DNA of 33,521 bases from Nemertoderma westbladi (taxonomy: Eukaryota > Animalia > Xenacoelomorpha). The notes beneath the pieces were generated by a model. That model ran no database searches. It was not told where the DNA came from and saw only the letters and a list, made by a program, of their open reading frames with translations. The stretch lies in the NCBI GenBank assembly GCA_032718475.1, contig JAUCBJ010004360.1, forward strand, positions 1 to 33,521, read 5' to 3'. How positions within the stretch are numbered: the first letter of the stretch is position 1; every line of letters starts with the position of its first letter. This document shows positions 1 through 10,228 of this stretch, one piece after another. The translations under genes and the position numbers were made by a program.

Positions 1-218
1 ACAGTAGGTCCATAAACAGTTAAAAGAAAATAAATTAATAATAAATTACACAAATAAATACACTATAAAATAGATCAGGGTATAGTAAGATAAAACATAA
101 ATACACTAGATATAAAGTATTAAGTAGCACATATAACTATGGTGACTAGAAATCATTTAGCATACCGGTAAATATTTATTACAGATTACATTACATAATA
201 AAATACAATTAAATGCAG

Positions 219-390
219 ATTCACGACGGCGGTTCTCTCGACGATCCAATCATTGGCGAAGGCCTCTTCTGTGGTGATTACGTTCAGCCCCACATTGGCT
301 CATCCTCCAACCTATTGTTCCTGCATTTCCATAGCGACCAGAGCATCTCTCGAGGGGGATTTTTGGCCAGTTATGAAACAGTAGACCCGC
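219..390 (+). CDS. Exon of multi-CUB-domain (cubilin/tolloid-like) protein, C-terminal half of a CUB domain
   Basis: Acceptor tgcag|ATT at 219 and donor C|gttagt at 391. Translation IHDGGSLDDPIIGEGLFCG...LFLHFHSDQSISRGGFLASY matches the CUB consensus (I.DG...FCG...F.SD.S....GF.A.Y). Upstream exons lie outside the window. Confidence 0.85.
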
Positions 391-757
391 GTTAGTCGTT
401 TATTCTTAAATTGTAACAATAATAATTATCCGCATTTAGTATAAACAGCGAGTATCAGCAGAGCTGATCATTCCTTAGTGATGTAATAATAACTTTATAG
501 TTGTAGGCGAGTATTTAACAATGGAAATAGACCTTAAATTTGTAGTTGAATTTCCGGAAAAACTTTTGATTGGTGTATTTTTTTACTAGTTGACAGTATT
601 TCATTAATTTGTATGGAATTAATTTCGCACTACCAAATCACCAGGGCGATATATTTTCAAACTTTACATCACAGTGCGACATTAGTTCTCAGTATGTCCA
701 TAAGACATACATTTACTATATATTTCCAGTATATCCAATCCTGTATGTCATAATGAC

Positions 758-2018
758 TGTTCGCGCTTTCGAAGACCTTTAGCAGTTTAACCTGCCAAAA
801 TTTATATGTCTTTTAGTTAATTAAAACCACTTTAGCATACGACAATAATTTATGCTAATACGCAAAACATTAGCCGAAGTCAGCCCATGCGCGATCATTC
901 ACCCGATGGATCTACACCCGGGAGACTGAATTCGGATGCTTGAATTGGATTATTACAGTGTAAGGTTGCAGTGTATACCTAATGTATTATTCGATAGATA
1001 GTTAATAATTAATCTCTGACAGGTATTATTGGCTTTCGGGAAATATTAACAGTTCCTTTAGGACGTGGCGCTTTATCTATTTAAACAGAACTAGGACTTA
1101 TACTAAACGCAACGATACTGCTTGGGATTGAAGTATAAAGCGTATTCTTTAGGAAATACTTTGTTACCAATCACAATCATACACACTATTCTGCCGACAG
1201 TCAGTACATTTGATCACACATAAAGAGAGCAGTAATTGACTCACGTAGGGTCTGCTAAATAACATTGGATTCAATACACACCACATTAATATAAATCGCA
1301 ATTGTTATATATAGCCGGTCTCTCTAACCTGTAGTGTTATCAAGAAAATTGGGAATTGGGTGATTTATCCGTATTATCCAAATAGCAATATTTCCATCAA
1401 CAAATATTTACAATTAATAACTGACGGTAAAATAACAGTACAAACAATATGATTAATGCAATTAAAAGTATCAAGGTGAGATGAGTGATTTAAGTCAGTG
1501 AGTTCGTTTCGTTAGTTAGGTAACAGTTTATACTTTCGATAATTCAAGCAGTTTACGGTACAGCAGTATCTATCCAAAAATGCCGGTGTTTCTGGCTTAG
1601 ACAGCAATAACAACAAAGTAACAAGAAAAAACAGTAAGACTGAACACTCTCCTTATGATCGACTAAAAGCTACACGTCGACAGGAAAAACCGCCCTGATT
1701 GGCCCAAGCCAAACAAAGAACCACGCGGCCAATGGCTGTTTCCATGTCAGCAACCAGCTGCTAGATGTCGTAATATGAATCATCACGGCTAAGCTGTGAA
1801 AGGTGGTTGGTGCATTACAAGTTTTTTGTCTTACCATGTCCGCTAAAACACGTATATAGCAGAATGATTTTTATGTCCGTTAAAACACCTATAAAGGTAC
1901 CTTGCGGGCGAGGGGAATATATATACAGTTAGAAAACCCTTTTTAGAGTATTCCAGCGCCTGGGGGGGAACTGGCCAGCAAAGGCAAACGTATCAGTTAT
2001 CCCACAAAAGCTTTTACA
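758..2018 (-). repeat. 3' LTR (1261 bp)
   Basis: Matches 12133-13393 at an offset of 11375; I saw only one mismatch (G948 vs T12323). A short purine-rich tract (minus strand GGGAGCGG, 2019-2026) abuts it as a candidate PPT. Confidence 0.95.
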
Positions 2019-2096
2019 CCGCTCCCAGAAAATGGGATTTAAGTCTATAAAATATACAAAATCACAGTTTCTAAAATACAAAAATACTCTAAACAG

Positions 2097-3632
2097 TTAG
2101 TCTTTCTTGCGCGGACGGCGTTTACGCAGTTTTTTGAAGCTAGCAAGAGTCCTTTTCTCTTTGGGGCGAGCCACTTTACTAGGAGGGCTATAACTCCTGG
2201 GTGAAGGGTGCAATATGATTGCATCAGAAGGTATGGGATTGCGATCGGTATATCCGCCGGTCGAAGTACCGGGTTGATGGACATCAACGTCCGGGGAGAG
2301 GGGTCTAACGGCTTTGAGAGCTCGTTTCAAGACAGCCGCTCTTACGGGTCCTTTACGAGTGGTCTGAACGAGGGCCGTGGGTGGACCATAGGCAGTTAGA
2401 AACTTCCTTGGTTTAATGGTTCTTTCTAACTCGCGTTCGCGGGCTCGATACTCGTAAGGCCGTCGATATACCTCTTGTAACTCAGGGTGTGAGTTGACGA
2501 ATAAGTCTCCATAGGCAGGGTCTTGACGGATAAAGTTTATTAAGTTGTAAGACTGGATGTCACTCGGATTAATGCTCCTGAGAAATTTACGCACATATTT
2601 GGTTGAAATACATTCTCCAACGCGCTTCAATAGTTCATAACTTGATAGGCGCGATTTCTGCTCGACGGAGGCAAACAAATATGGATGGAACGCATAAACT
2701 CCTTCATAGGCGCGTCCGGGATAATAGCGATGGCGTGAGTCACAATGCAAATCAGCGTTCGCCTCCCAAGCTCTTATATAACGTAGTACAATCATTTCAT
2801 CTACGCTCTCTAAATCATGGTTAAAGGGACAATCAAAGCTGGCGTGTCCTTTTAATTGACAATGATGGCATTGAGTCATAAATTGGGGGCAGACGGCAAA
2901 AATGTGCAAATTATTAAGCCGACAATATGCACAATAGATTTCCATCGACGGTTGCTCGTGGAAATAGGAACAAAGATCGTTGGTGTCCATAGACGTAATA
3001 TGGTCTCTCGATGAGCACAGCCGACAACGTTGTCGAGAAACATAATTGGCATGGCGATAATCATACGCAGTAAGACACTGTGGACCTTGATACCATTCCA
3101 ATATATAGTCGCTATCGCTACTCCGAGCCGTGGGGGGCTGAATCTCTTCCGATTCTAAACATATGGGTTCATCTTCCCCTTGTATAGTTGAGGTAGGTAT
3201 GGCCGTCTCCTCAAGTGGACCTACCGTCTGAATTTCCACGACAGAATAACCGGTGGGGATCCGAGGTCTTTGGATAACCGAGGAGTGCAGGTTTATTACA
3301 CAGATGTCTCGGAAAATAGCGAATCCAGCGCTATCCAACTTCTCCGCAGCTGAGTCTCTTAAGCTGAGCTTGGTCAAAGCGCGGTCTTTGAATTGGCTAT
3401 CCACGTTGCGAAACGGGGTTAAAAACCGTCGGAAACATTCAAAGCGGATGAATTTTCTATAGTCCGCTTCGCGCGTAAGTTGTTCCTGGGACATCGGCGG
3501 TTCGATATAGCGCCCATCGTCCTCCGTAATAGTCGGATCAGCTTCACCGCATATCAAGCTATCCACAAACGCTTGTAAAGGTAGAGTATATCGCTCTCTA
3601 ATACCAAGGTCATCTTCTATTAATTCCGTCAT
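2097..3632 (-). CDS. Retroelement accessory ORF, 511 aa, three Cys/His zinc-knuckle-like motifs and a basic C-terminus; function unknown
   Basis: Uninterrupted ORF whose ATG has the same AAATATG context as gag. Motifs CRLC-x4-H-x9-C, CAYC-x5-H-x4-C and CHHC-x4-H-x4-C. Ends KKLRKRRPRKKD. Confidence 0.8.
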   Translation of the reverse strand: MTELIEDDLGIRERYTLPLQAFVDSLICGEADPTITEDDGRYIEPPMSQEQLTREADYRKFIRFECFRRFLTPFRNVDSQFKDRALTKLSLRDSAAEKLDSAGFAIFRDICVINLHSSVIQRPRIPTGYSVVEIQTVGPLEETAIPTSTIQGEDEPICLESEEIQPPTARSSDSDYILEWYQGPQCLTAYDYRHANYVSRQRCRLCSSRDHITSMDTNDLCSYFHEQPSMEIYCAYCRLNNLHIFAVCPQFMTQCHHCQLKGHASFDCPFNHDLESVDEMIVLRYIRAWEANADLHCDSRHRYYPGRAYEGVYAFHPYLFASVEQKSRLSSYELLKRVGECISTKYVRKFLRSINPSDIQSYNLINFIRQDPAYGDLFVNSHPELQEVYRRPYEYRARERELERTIKPRKFLTAYGPPTALVQTTRKGPVRAAVLKRALKAVRPLSPDVDVHQPGTSTGGYTDRNPIPSDAIILHPSPRSYSPPSKVARPKEKRTLASFKKLRKRRPRKKD

Positions 3633-4445
3633 ATTTGCTATCTGAGTTTGTTAATATCAATATACGTTAATATTTTAGGTAAGCGGGCGTCGCTTCCTAC
3701 TAGGCCTTTTGCCCCCGGACAGTGGGTTTCTCAGCGCCGATGTACCGCTGTCGCAGTGTTTACGCCAACATGTAGCACAGCACGACAACGATAACCGGCA
3801 CAAGTCCCACCACTGTCCGTCCCAAAGGCTTGAATCCACTTGAGGTTATCTCAGTAGAGTTAGGGCTATTTTACAATTGCGATTAGCTACTGTAAACACA
3901 CTTTAGTAGTAACATTCACCTATAAACGCACAAATTCCATACAATCATTACTTACTGCACACATGCATACCATTTGTCCGTTAGTCAGTGTCTTCCAGAA
4001 TGTTACGTATTTACTATGTATCCTTGGATACTAATAGTGCGCTATGTATACTCTTATGCTACGCAATGGGGCAAGCCTTTTATTGTTCTTTTAACTTGCT
4101 TCTAATTCTAGCGTGGGTGTTGCCATGGTGACATTATGGAAAACTAGCGGTAGAATTAGGGCAATCCTCATGCATACAGATCTGGGATGTTATTTAATAG
4201 TAATTCTTTAATTGTCAATATCCTCTTTATGCATGATTTTATAAATTTTATCGGCTATTGACTATATGCTGGAGATTCTTACACTCTAATACACTCAATA
4301 TGAATCTCCGCTCCCATGATCTATTAATTACTGGAATTTTGGGAATGTTATAAATTGCACAAAATGACAATTTATGAAATTCATTTAAATATGAATTTAA
4401 TTTATTCCCGTGAATTTTATTATTTGATGTTAAATTGACATAAAT

Positions 4446-4717
4446 TTTATTCCAGAGCAAATCTGGGGACATAAGATCCTTAATTCTATGAAATTTGTCT
4501 TTTAAGAGTATCGGTAAGTGCTACGATATCTTAATCGACTAGAATTGTTAACGGATCTGAATTTTAAAGATTTTAATAAATATTAAATTAATATTTAGGA
4601 TGGGCACCAATTTATTCCAGAACTTGTCTGGGGACGTTAACCACTGATTCTAGAATTTGTCTTTCAAGTATATCGGTGGGTGCCACGATATCTTAATCGA
4701 CTAGAATTGCAGATGGT
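4446..4717. repeat. Two diverged ~110-bp direct repeats, each able to fold as stem-loops
   Basis: tttattccaga...tctggggac...attcta...tatcggt...cgatatcttaatcgactagaattg at ~4446-4558 and ~4611-4717. Confidence 0.75.
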
Positions 4718-5250
4718 CAAAAGTTTAACAGATTTATTTGCGATTTACGCTACTGTTAGAGGGACATCACGCTACTATATGTATTATTTGTTATAAGGTA
4801 GAAGAGCAATATCGCACGAAGCAATGTCAGTGTGAAGAGGCAAGTCGTTTCCAAGGTCTACCCAGAGCTTGGTTTAGCCGAGACACGAGGATCTGAACTT
4901 TGCATTCCTAATACTCTGCCTACCAATAATACTTAAATATAGTAGTGGCTTTACCGCACTTTAAGAAGTACTGACATGTCATCTTACTATAGTCTCGCAT
5001 TTATAATATAATACGGACAGTAAGGAAAGAGAAAATAATTACTTCTTGCCGTCGCACTAAATATATATTATAAGTAATTATGTACGTAATAAACACTAAT
5101 ATATTGCACTAATCTACTAACATTCTAAAATAACATTTTACTAAATAAAATTAAATAAAAACGATTATAATAAAGTACATAATAAAGTTCGCATATAAAA
5201 TGTAATAAAATAGATAAAATAATATAGTCATACACCCACTCCATATATAA

Positions 5251-8200
5251 TTACGTTATGGAGTCCCTAGATCTTTGTCGAATTAGGGAAGTGGTCGTAG
5301 GAAGAGTATCCTGCCTTCCATGGTTTCCGGACAGTTTTCGGTCTCTTCCCAGTAAACCTAAGCGACCAGCTGGGCGATTAGGCTGTCGTGTTACTTCCGC
5401 CGCTCCCTTGGCCTGTCTAATCTCCTCAGTGGTAAGATGAGGAGGCCATTCATCTTCTTCTTTACTTAGGGAGTCGGGTCCACCTAACCAGCCGGGAGTA
5501 TCTATCCGTTCTTGAGGAGTTGCTCTTCTGGAATCGATGTCGGCTGGATTAATCGTCCCAAGGCAATGTCTCCATTGATCTACATTGGAGTTAATATCGT
5601 CATTATCTGAGGAGTATGGTGTTCCCTCAGTTGGGTCGTCCACATCACTGCTCTCCACTTCCCCCTTTACTTGGTATACCTGTTGTTGAGGTAATCTCTC
5701 TTTGAGAGTTCTACGGGAAGGGCCAGTGAAGTACCAACCTACTCTAGTTCTTACCGCATAGGTTTGTAGTGGCTGTGGTTGAGCAGGCCGTTTCTCTAAT
5801 GGCTCGAGCGCCTCATGCGCGTTTTGGCCGATGAGTATTTGCACTCCAGGATAATCTGTCTGGAATCGAGGTATCTTAAGATGTTGGACGCTCTCATCTT
5901 CGTCCCAATTATAAAGGTCTGCTTGAGTAGTAGCAAAGTTCTTTATAGCCACCATTTTTACTGACCTTACACCTTGTGTTCCTAACTTATCCTGGGGGGT
6001 GGACAACACACCTACATAGTAATCTGCCGTCAGGGTAGATTTCCAAACCTGCATAATTCCTGACATATTCAATTTAGTCCGGAACTTGGGTTGTCCAGCA
6101 AAGATATCTTCGGCTAGTTCTTGATCGATGAATGTTCCTGTGCTGCCGGAGTCAAGTAGGGCGTTCACTATGTAACTCTTGTTGGGACCATGAACTCGAA
6201 CTTGCACTACAGGAAATTCTCTTATTCCTATGTTGGAAGTTGGAACTTTCCAAGATGGTTGTTTGTCAAAAGGAGTTGGAGTAAACTCGTCAGTGTCCTT
6301 TTCATCCGTAAGTGCTCGATACACTGTGGTATTTATTAGATAACAGGATTCGTTGGCATCGGAGAATTCGTCTGTATAGAATCCTTCCCACTCAGAACCT
6401 TGGTCAGTGTCGTTCACATCACTGAATTGGACATGTAATTCGGGCTCACTTACCTGACTCGGGTTGTCTCGTTCGAACTCACTGTGTAACAAAATGTGAT
6501 GTTTCGCGCCACACTTTGCACACTTTGCGTCGGAGTAACAGGTTCGCCGTTGGTGTCCTGATCTGAGGCAATTATAGCATAACCGCTTATTCCACAGGAC
6601 TGTACGTCTGTCTACAGGGGATTTCTTTAGAAATTCAGCACACGCACTCAAACGGTGAGGCCCGTCGCACAGCGCACATTTTGGTTTGATGTTACTCACC
6701 TTAACTTGGTTAACGTTATGCACTCTCGTTCTTTCTTCGGGCTTTCTTCCGTGAATTCTCTTAGGAGACGTAGGAGGAGTTGTTGTTACCTGTTCTCTCC
6801 TGTCACTGGTTCGAGACTTGTATTTACTTACGTCTTTATAGGTCTTGTTGTCATAGTAAGATTTTGCTGTGTCTTTCCCGCTGTCCTCTTCTTGAGAAGC
6901 TTGGCTTTCGCCGTCGTCAGTATAACACACTGGTATTATCCTTCTCCTAGAATCGGGTTTCTCACTTACCTTATTTTCCGATGTTTTCTCTCTGGCCTGC
7001 CTTATGAGTTGTAATTTTACTTCACTATCTAAGAAAGACATGAGATCAGCCATGGTAGGACTTCGTCGTTGTTGTTCATTCATGTACAACACTTTCTTGT
7101 CCCAGCGTGTACATACTCCACCCTTTGGTAAAGTAGAGACTACGGCTCCAATAACCATGGAACTCTGGTATTCGTGCGACTTACCTAACCAGTCCAGTTG
7201 TCTACAGATCTCTTGTATTTCATCGGAAAATTCTATAATCCCACTACTAAGGAAGTGTCGGGGGGCTACCAATTTTGTATACAGATACTTAGCTATGTTA
7301 TCTTTATTACCATACCTGATGTTTAATGTATCCCAAACTTGTCTTAATCCATCTGGATGTCCAATAAACTTTAACGCCATTAACTTGGGAGGTCCTTCCA
7401 AACACTTGATGAGGAATCTAAGTTTCTCTCCGTTAGATAGTACAGAGTTCTGTATGCTATCTTTGTAATATTCGTTGAAAGGTAACCATTTCATCTCATC
7501 CCCATTGAATTTGACGATCTCTCCCACTTTGACCGCTTGGCGGGCTTCTGTTCTAGCCATCTGACGCGTAAAGCTTTCTTGGGCCATCGTGTTATTTAAT
7601 ATCGAATTATCGGTATACAAATTTCTCGGATCATTATCAGGTCTATAGGGAATATCATTAATAACAGGTCTATAATCACCCTTAATAGGGTTTGCTATAG
7701 GAGTTTCAACTTCACTAGCAGTATAGATGCGTGTAGGCTCCACACCTTGCGCATGTGATACTTCAGACCTAACGGGTTGACTCAATGTTACCGGGGGCAT
7801 TGGTATGCCTTTTTGTATATTGACTAATTTGTCGCGTTCTAGCGCGATACTTTGCTGCACTTCTTGCAACTCTGCTCTACTTTCCCTCACCGTTCCCTTA
7901 AGTTGGTGGACAGTCTCCTGCATCTGTCCTAGCAGGAGATTCATCCCCCGCCGTCCCTCTTCCACCCACTCAACCGCCGAAGCGGGAGTCGCCAACATAG
8001 TAGCGGGCTGACGCGGGACGACGGGAGACAAATTATTGATTTCTCTCTCTGCTATCTGGACAGGGGTATTTGCATGGACTGTTCCACCGGGTACAGGTAG
8101 TGTAGTGCTATGTAAAGGGAATTTAGAGTTAAGCTCTGGAAGTGCAGGGGTCTCTAGCATAGAAGTGACTTTGGGAATTACAGGCCTAATGATTTCAGGT

Positions 8201-9867
8201 TCATCGACTATAGTAGGGAGTCTTTTGACCTGGATAAATTGTTCTATAGGTTCTGCACTACCTAAATCTGTGCTAGTTAGCTGTCTTTTAACAGCTGGGG
8301 GCAAATCAGGCAATTTGCGACGGTAATATGTTTTTCTACGCCTACTTAGATGAGATCTATTTCCTCCGCCTTCAGGATCGGTAGTATCACCTTCCTCCGA
8401 GGATGTGTATCCTTGGCGCTTGGGAGTAGATTTTCTCATCATCTGCATTTGATTAGCAGTGAACTGTTTATTTATACTGTCTTGTGTCTCTTGCAGATTT
8501 TCCAACTCCAGTTGGGTAGTCTGCTCAGATGCTCTCCTTTCTACTTCTGCCACTGCCTTCGCTGCCTTTCTTTCGGCTTCTGCTTCTTTTCTTTTGGCTT
8601 CTGCTTCTTTTCTTTCTGCTTCTGCTTCCTTTCTTTCGGCTTCTGCATCTGCCATAACCGCCGCCATATCCGCCGCCTTTTGTTCCTCTATCCTTCTTTT
8701 CTTTATTTGTTCTTCTCGGACTCTAGTGAGGCGGAGTTTTTCATCACATTCAGCTTGGTTTGCAGCTAACATTTCGGCATCGATTGAGTCTAACACAAGC
8801 TTGGTTCCTTCACTATTAGGGGAAAGTCCATGTAGCCGTCTCCTCAACTCTTCGTCTCCTAGGAATCGCTGATAGTCTGACAAATAAATGTCGATAGCGT
8901 CTCTAGTTCGCGGTTTCTCGGCGGCCTCTTCACTTTCCTCTTGAGCAAGGGTGACATCAGTTTGTTCGGAGACATCAGTCGGTTCCTCATAGATTGATCT
9001 CTCAGCCAGCTGGGATTTCCACGGGGCTGTTTCCTGTACTTTGAGATCTACTCGATGTAGCCAAGTTTTGACAGCAACCTGCAGCGACGTGTCCTGTCTT
9101 CTTTTGGAAGTTTCCTCAAAGGCTGAGAGGATTAGTCGAATGCGTAGGGTTCTTTCGCGTATTTGATATAGCAGTTCTTCCTGCTCTTGAGGTCCGTGAG
9201 GTTGTCGAAACAGTTGTTCCTCCAATCGCTCCAAGGATCCGAAGAATCCCTGCACATATCCTGCTGCCGACCTCTTCCAAACAGCTGGATCCATTGTATC
9301 TTTTGCCACTCCCATCCTGTGTATATCTTCCCAAGTAGCCTCGGACATATCAAACGGAAGTCCGAGTCCGGGAAAGTTCCATTGTGATTCAACAATAGAT
9401 CTCAATTCTTCCCTGGCGTATCCCGCGTAATTATCTTGGGTCGCTTGCTTATTCTTCGCCCAGTCGGTTTGATGTTCTTCCACCGCAATGAGTATAGTAG
9501 TCAGCACTGCAGCAGGAAGAGTAAGAAGGGGGTCCGAGTAGACTGTATCAGCCATCTGCACTCCATGTTCGGGAGTCAACTCTACAGTATCCGAACTGCT
9601 GGAGCTATCAGGTCTCTGGGAAGTAGGTTCTTGACCAAGATGTTGCTGCGATAGGACAGCTGCCTCTTGGTCCCGTTTTACCTGTGCCCGAGTGCCTATG
9701 ATGGACCTATGGTGGACTAGCCTAGGGTCTGATACTACTGGAGGGATGACCTTTTTTACAGTAGGAGGTGAGCCGAACTTCTCTTTTATTCGCTCCACAC
9801 TCCTATCTGAATCACAGATAGTGGTCTCGATCAGACTGTCCGACAGGTTTTGCTGAGTGTCAGACAT
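5251..9867 (-). CDS. BEL/Pao gag-protease polyprotein (1538 aa) ending in an RNase H C-terminal remnant
   Basis: Gag core (KFNGDEMKWLPF...LSNGEKLRFLIKCLEGPP, DUF1759-like). BEL-type triple knuckle CALCDGPHRLSAC / CYNCLRSGHQRRTC / CAKCGAKHHILLH (~6490-6680). Aspartic protease LLDSGS (~6142-6159) and AVRTRVGWYFTGP. Then QWRH..NPAD..SR..WLGGP..L...WP (~5445-5577). N-terminal EAERK coiled-coil repeats. Confidence 0.92.
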   Translation of the reverse strand: MSDTQQNLSDSLIETTICDSDRSVERIKEKFGSPPTVKKVIPPVVSDPRLVHHRSIIGTRAQVKRDQEAAVLSQQHLGQEPTSQRPDSSSSSDTVELTPEHGVQMADTVYSDPLLTLPAAVLTTILIAVEEHQTDWAKNKQATQDNYAGYAREELRSIVESQWNFPGLGLPFDMSEATWEDIHRMGVAKDTMDPAVWKRSAAGYVQGFFGSLERLEEQLFRQPHGPQEQEELLYQIRERTLRIRLILSAFEETSKRRQDTSLQVAVKTWLHRVDLKVQETAPWKSQLAERSIYEEPTDVSEQTDVTLAQEESEEAAEKPRTRDAIDIYLSDYQRFLGDEELRRRLHGLSPNSEGTKLVLDSIDAEMLAANQAECDEKLRLTRVREEQIKKRRIEEQKAADMAAVMADAEAERKEAEAERKEAEAKRKEAEAERKAAKAVAEVERRASEQTTQLELENLQETQDSINKQFTANQMQMMRKSTPKRQGYTSSEEGDTTDPEGGGNRSHLSRRRKTYYRRKLPDLPPAVKRQLTSTDLGSAEPIEQFIQVKRLPTIVDEPEIIRPVIPKVTSMLETPALPELNSKFPLHSTTLPVPGGTVHANTPVQIAEREINNLSPVVPRQPATMLATPASAVEWVEEGRRGMNLLLGQMQETVHQLKGTVRESRAELQEVQQSIALERDKLVNIQKGIPMPPVTLSQPVRSEVSHAQGVEPTRIYTASEVETPIANPIKGDYRPVINDIPYRPDNDPRNLYTDNSILNNTMAQESFTRQMARTEARQAVKVGEIVKFNGDEMKWLPFNEYYKDSIQNSVLSNGEKLRFLIKCLEGPPKLMALKFIGHPDGLRQVWDTLNIRYGNKDNIAKYLYTKLVAPRHFLSSGIIEFSDEIQEICRQLDWLGKSHEYQSSMVIGAVVSTLPKGGVCTRWDKKVLYMNEQQRRSPTMADLMSFLDSEVKLQLIRQAREKTSENKVSEKPDSRRRIIPVCYTDDGESQASQEEDSGKDTAKSYYDNKTYKDVSKYKSRTSDRREQVTTTPPTSPKRIHGRKPEERTRVHNVNQVKVSNIKPKCALCDGPHRLSACAEFLKKSPVDRRTVLWNKRLCYNCLRSGHQRRTCYSDAKCAKCGAKHHILLHSEFERDNPSQVSEPELHVQFSDVNDTDQGSEWEGFYTDEFSDANESCYLINTTVYRALTDEKDTDEFTPTPFDKQPSWKVPTSNIGIREFPVVQVRVHGPNKSYIVNALLDSGSTGTFIDQELAEDIFAGQPKFRTKLNMSGIMQVWKSTLTADYYVGVLSTPQDKLGTQGVRSVKMVAIKNFATTQADLYNWDEDESVQHLKIPRFQTDYPGVQILIGQNAHEALEPLEKRPAQPQPLQTYAVRTRVGWYFTGPSRRTLKERLPQQQVYQVKGEVESSDVDDPTEGTPYSSDNDDINSNVDQWRHCLGTINPADIDSRRATPQERIDTPGWLGGPDSLSKEEDEWPPHLTTEEIRQAKGAAEVTRQPNRPAGRLGLLGRDRKLSGNHGRQDTLPTTTSLIRQRSRDSIT

Positions 9868-10004
9868 ATTTAGTTATACAGTTGAATGTCTACTACTATA
9901 ATTTCAGTTAAAGCAAATCTAGTAATTCAGTATGACCACAAGCCTAGCGATTTATTACCGGTACCGTTACTCAGGTGGAACGTGATATATATACAATATA
10001 TTAG

Positions 10005-10228
10005 AATACCGGTATGCTTATAATATATAAGTATTATTACAGACTAGATTTGTCACAGAGTACCGGTATATAATTTTAGCACAAATATATATATATATAT
10101 AGTAGGCCTATAATGAATACCGGTATACAGCTTACACTTATAGTATATAAGTATAATTCTGGACTAGAATTAATTACAGGGTACCGGTATGATTTCAGCT
10201 CAAATTTATAGAAATAAATATAATAAGC
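10005..10228. repeat. Two diverged ~110-bp repeats in the element 5' leader
   Basis: ataccggtat...tatataagtat...gactaga...gtaccggtat...ttagc.caaat occurs at ~10006 and ~10117. Confidence 0.55.

Noticed and set aside
2097-3632. env gene call
   Set aside because: The position fits, but no signal peptide or hydrophobic fusion/transmembrane segment is visible; composition suggests a nucleic-acid-binding protein.
5258-9654. Short plus-strand and alternative-frame ORFs overlapping gag-pro (and similar ones over DDX20 and the LINEs)
   Set aside because: Shadow ORFs of long real ORFs, mostly with non-ATG starts and no motifs.
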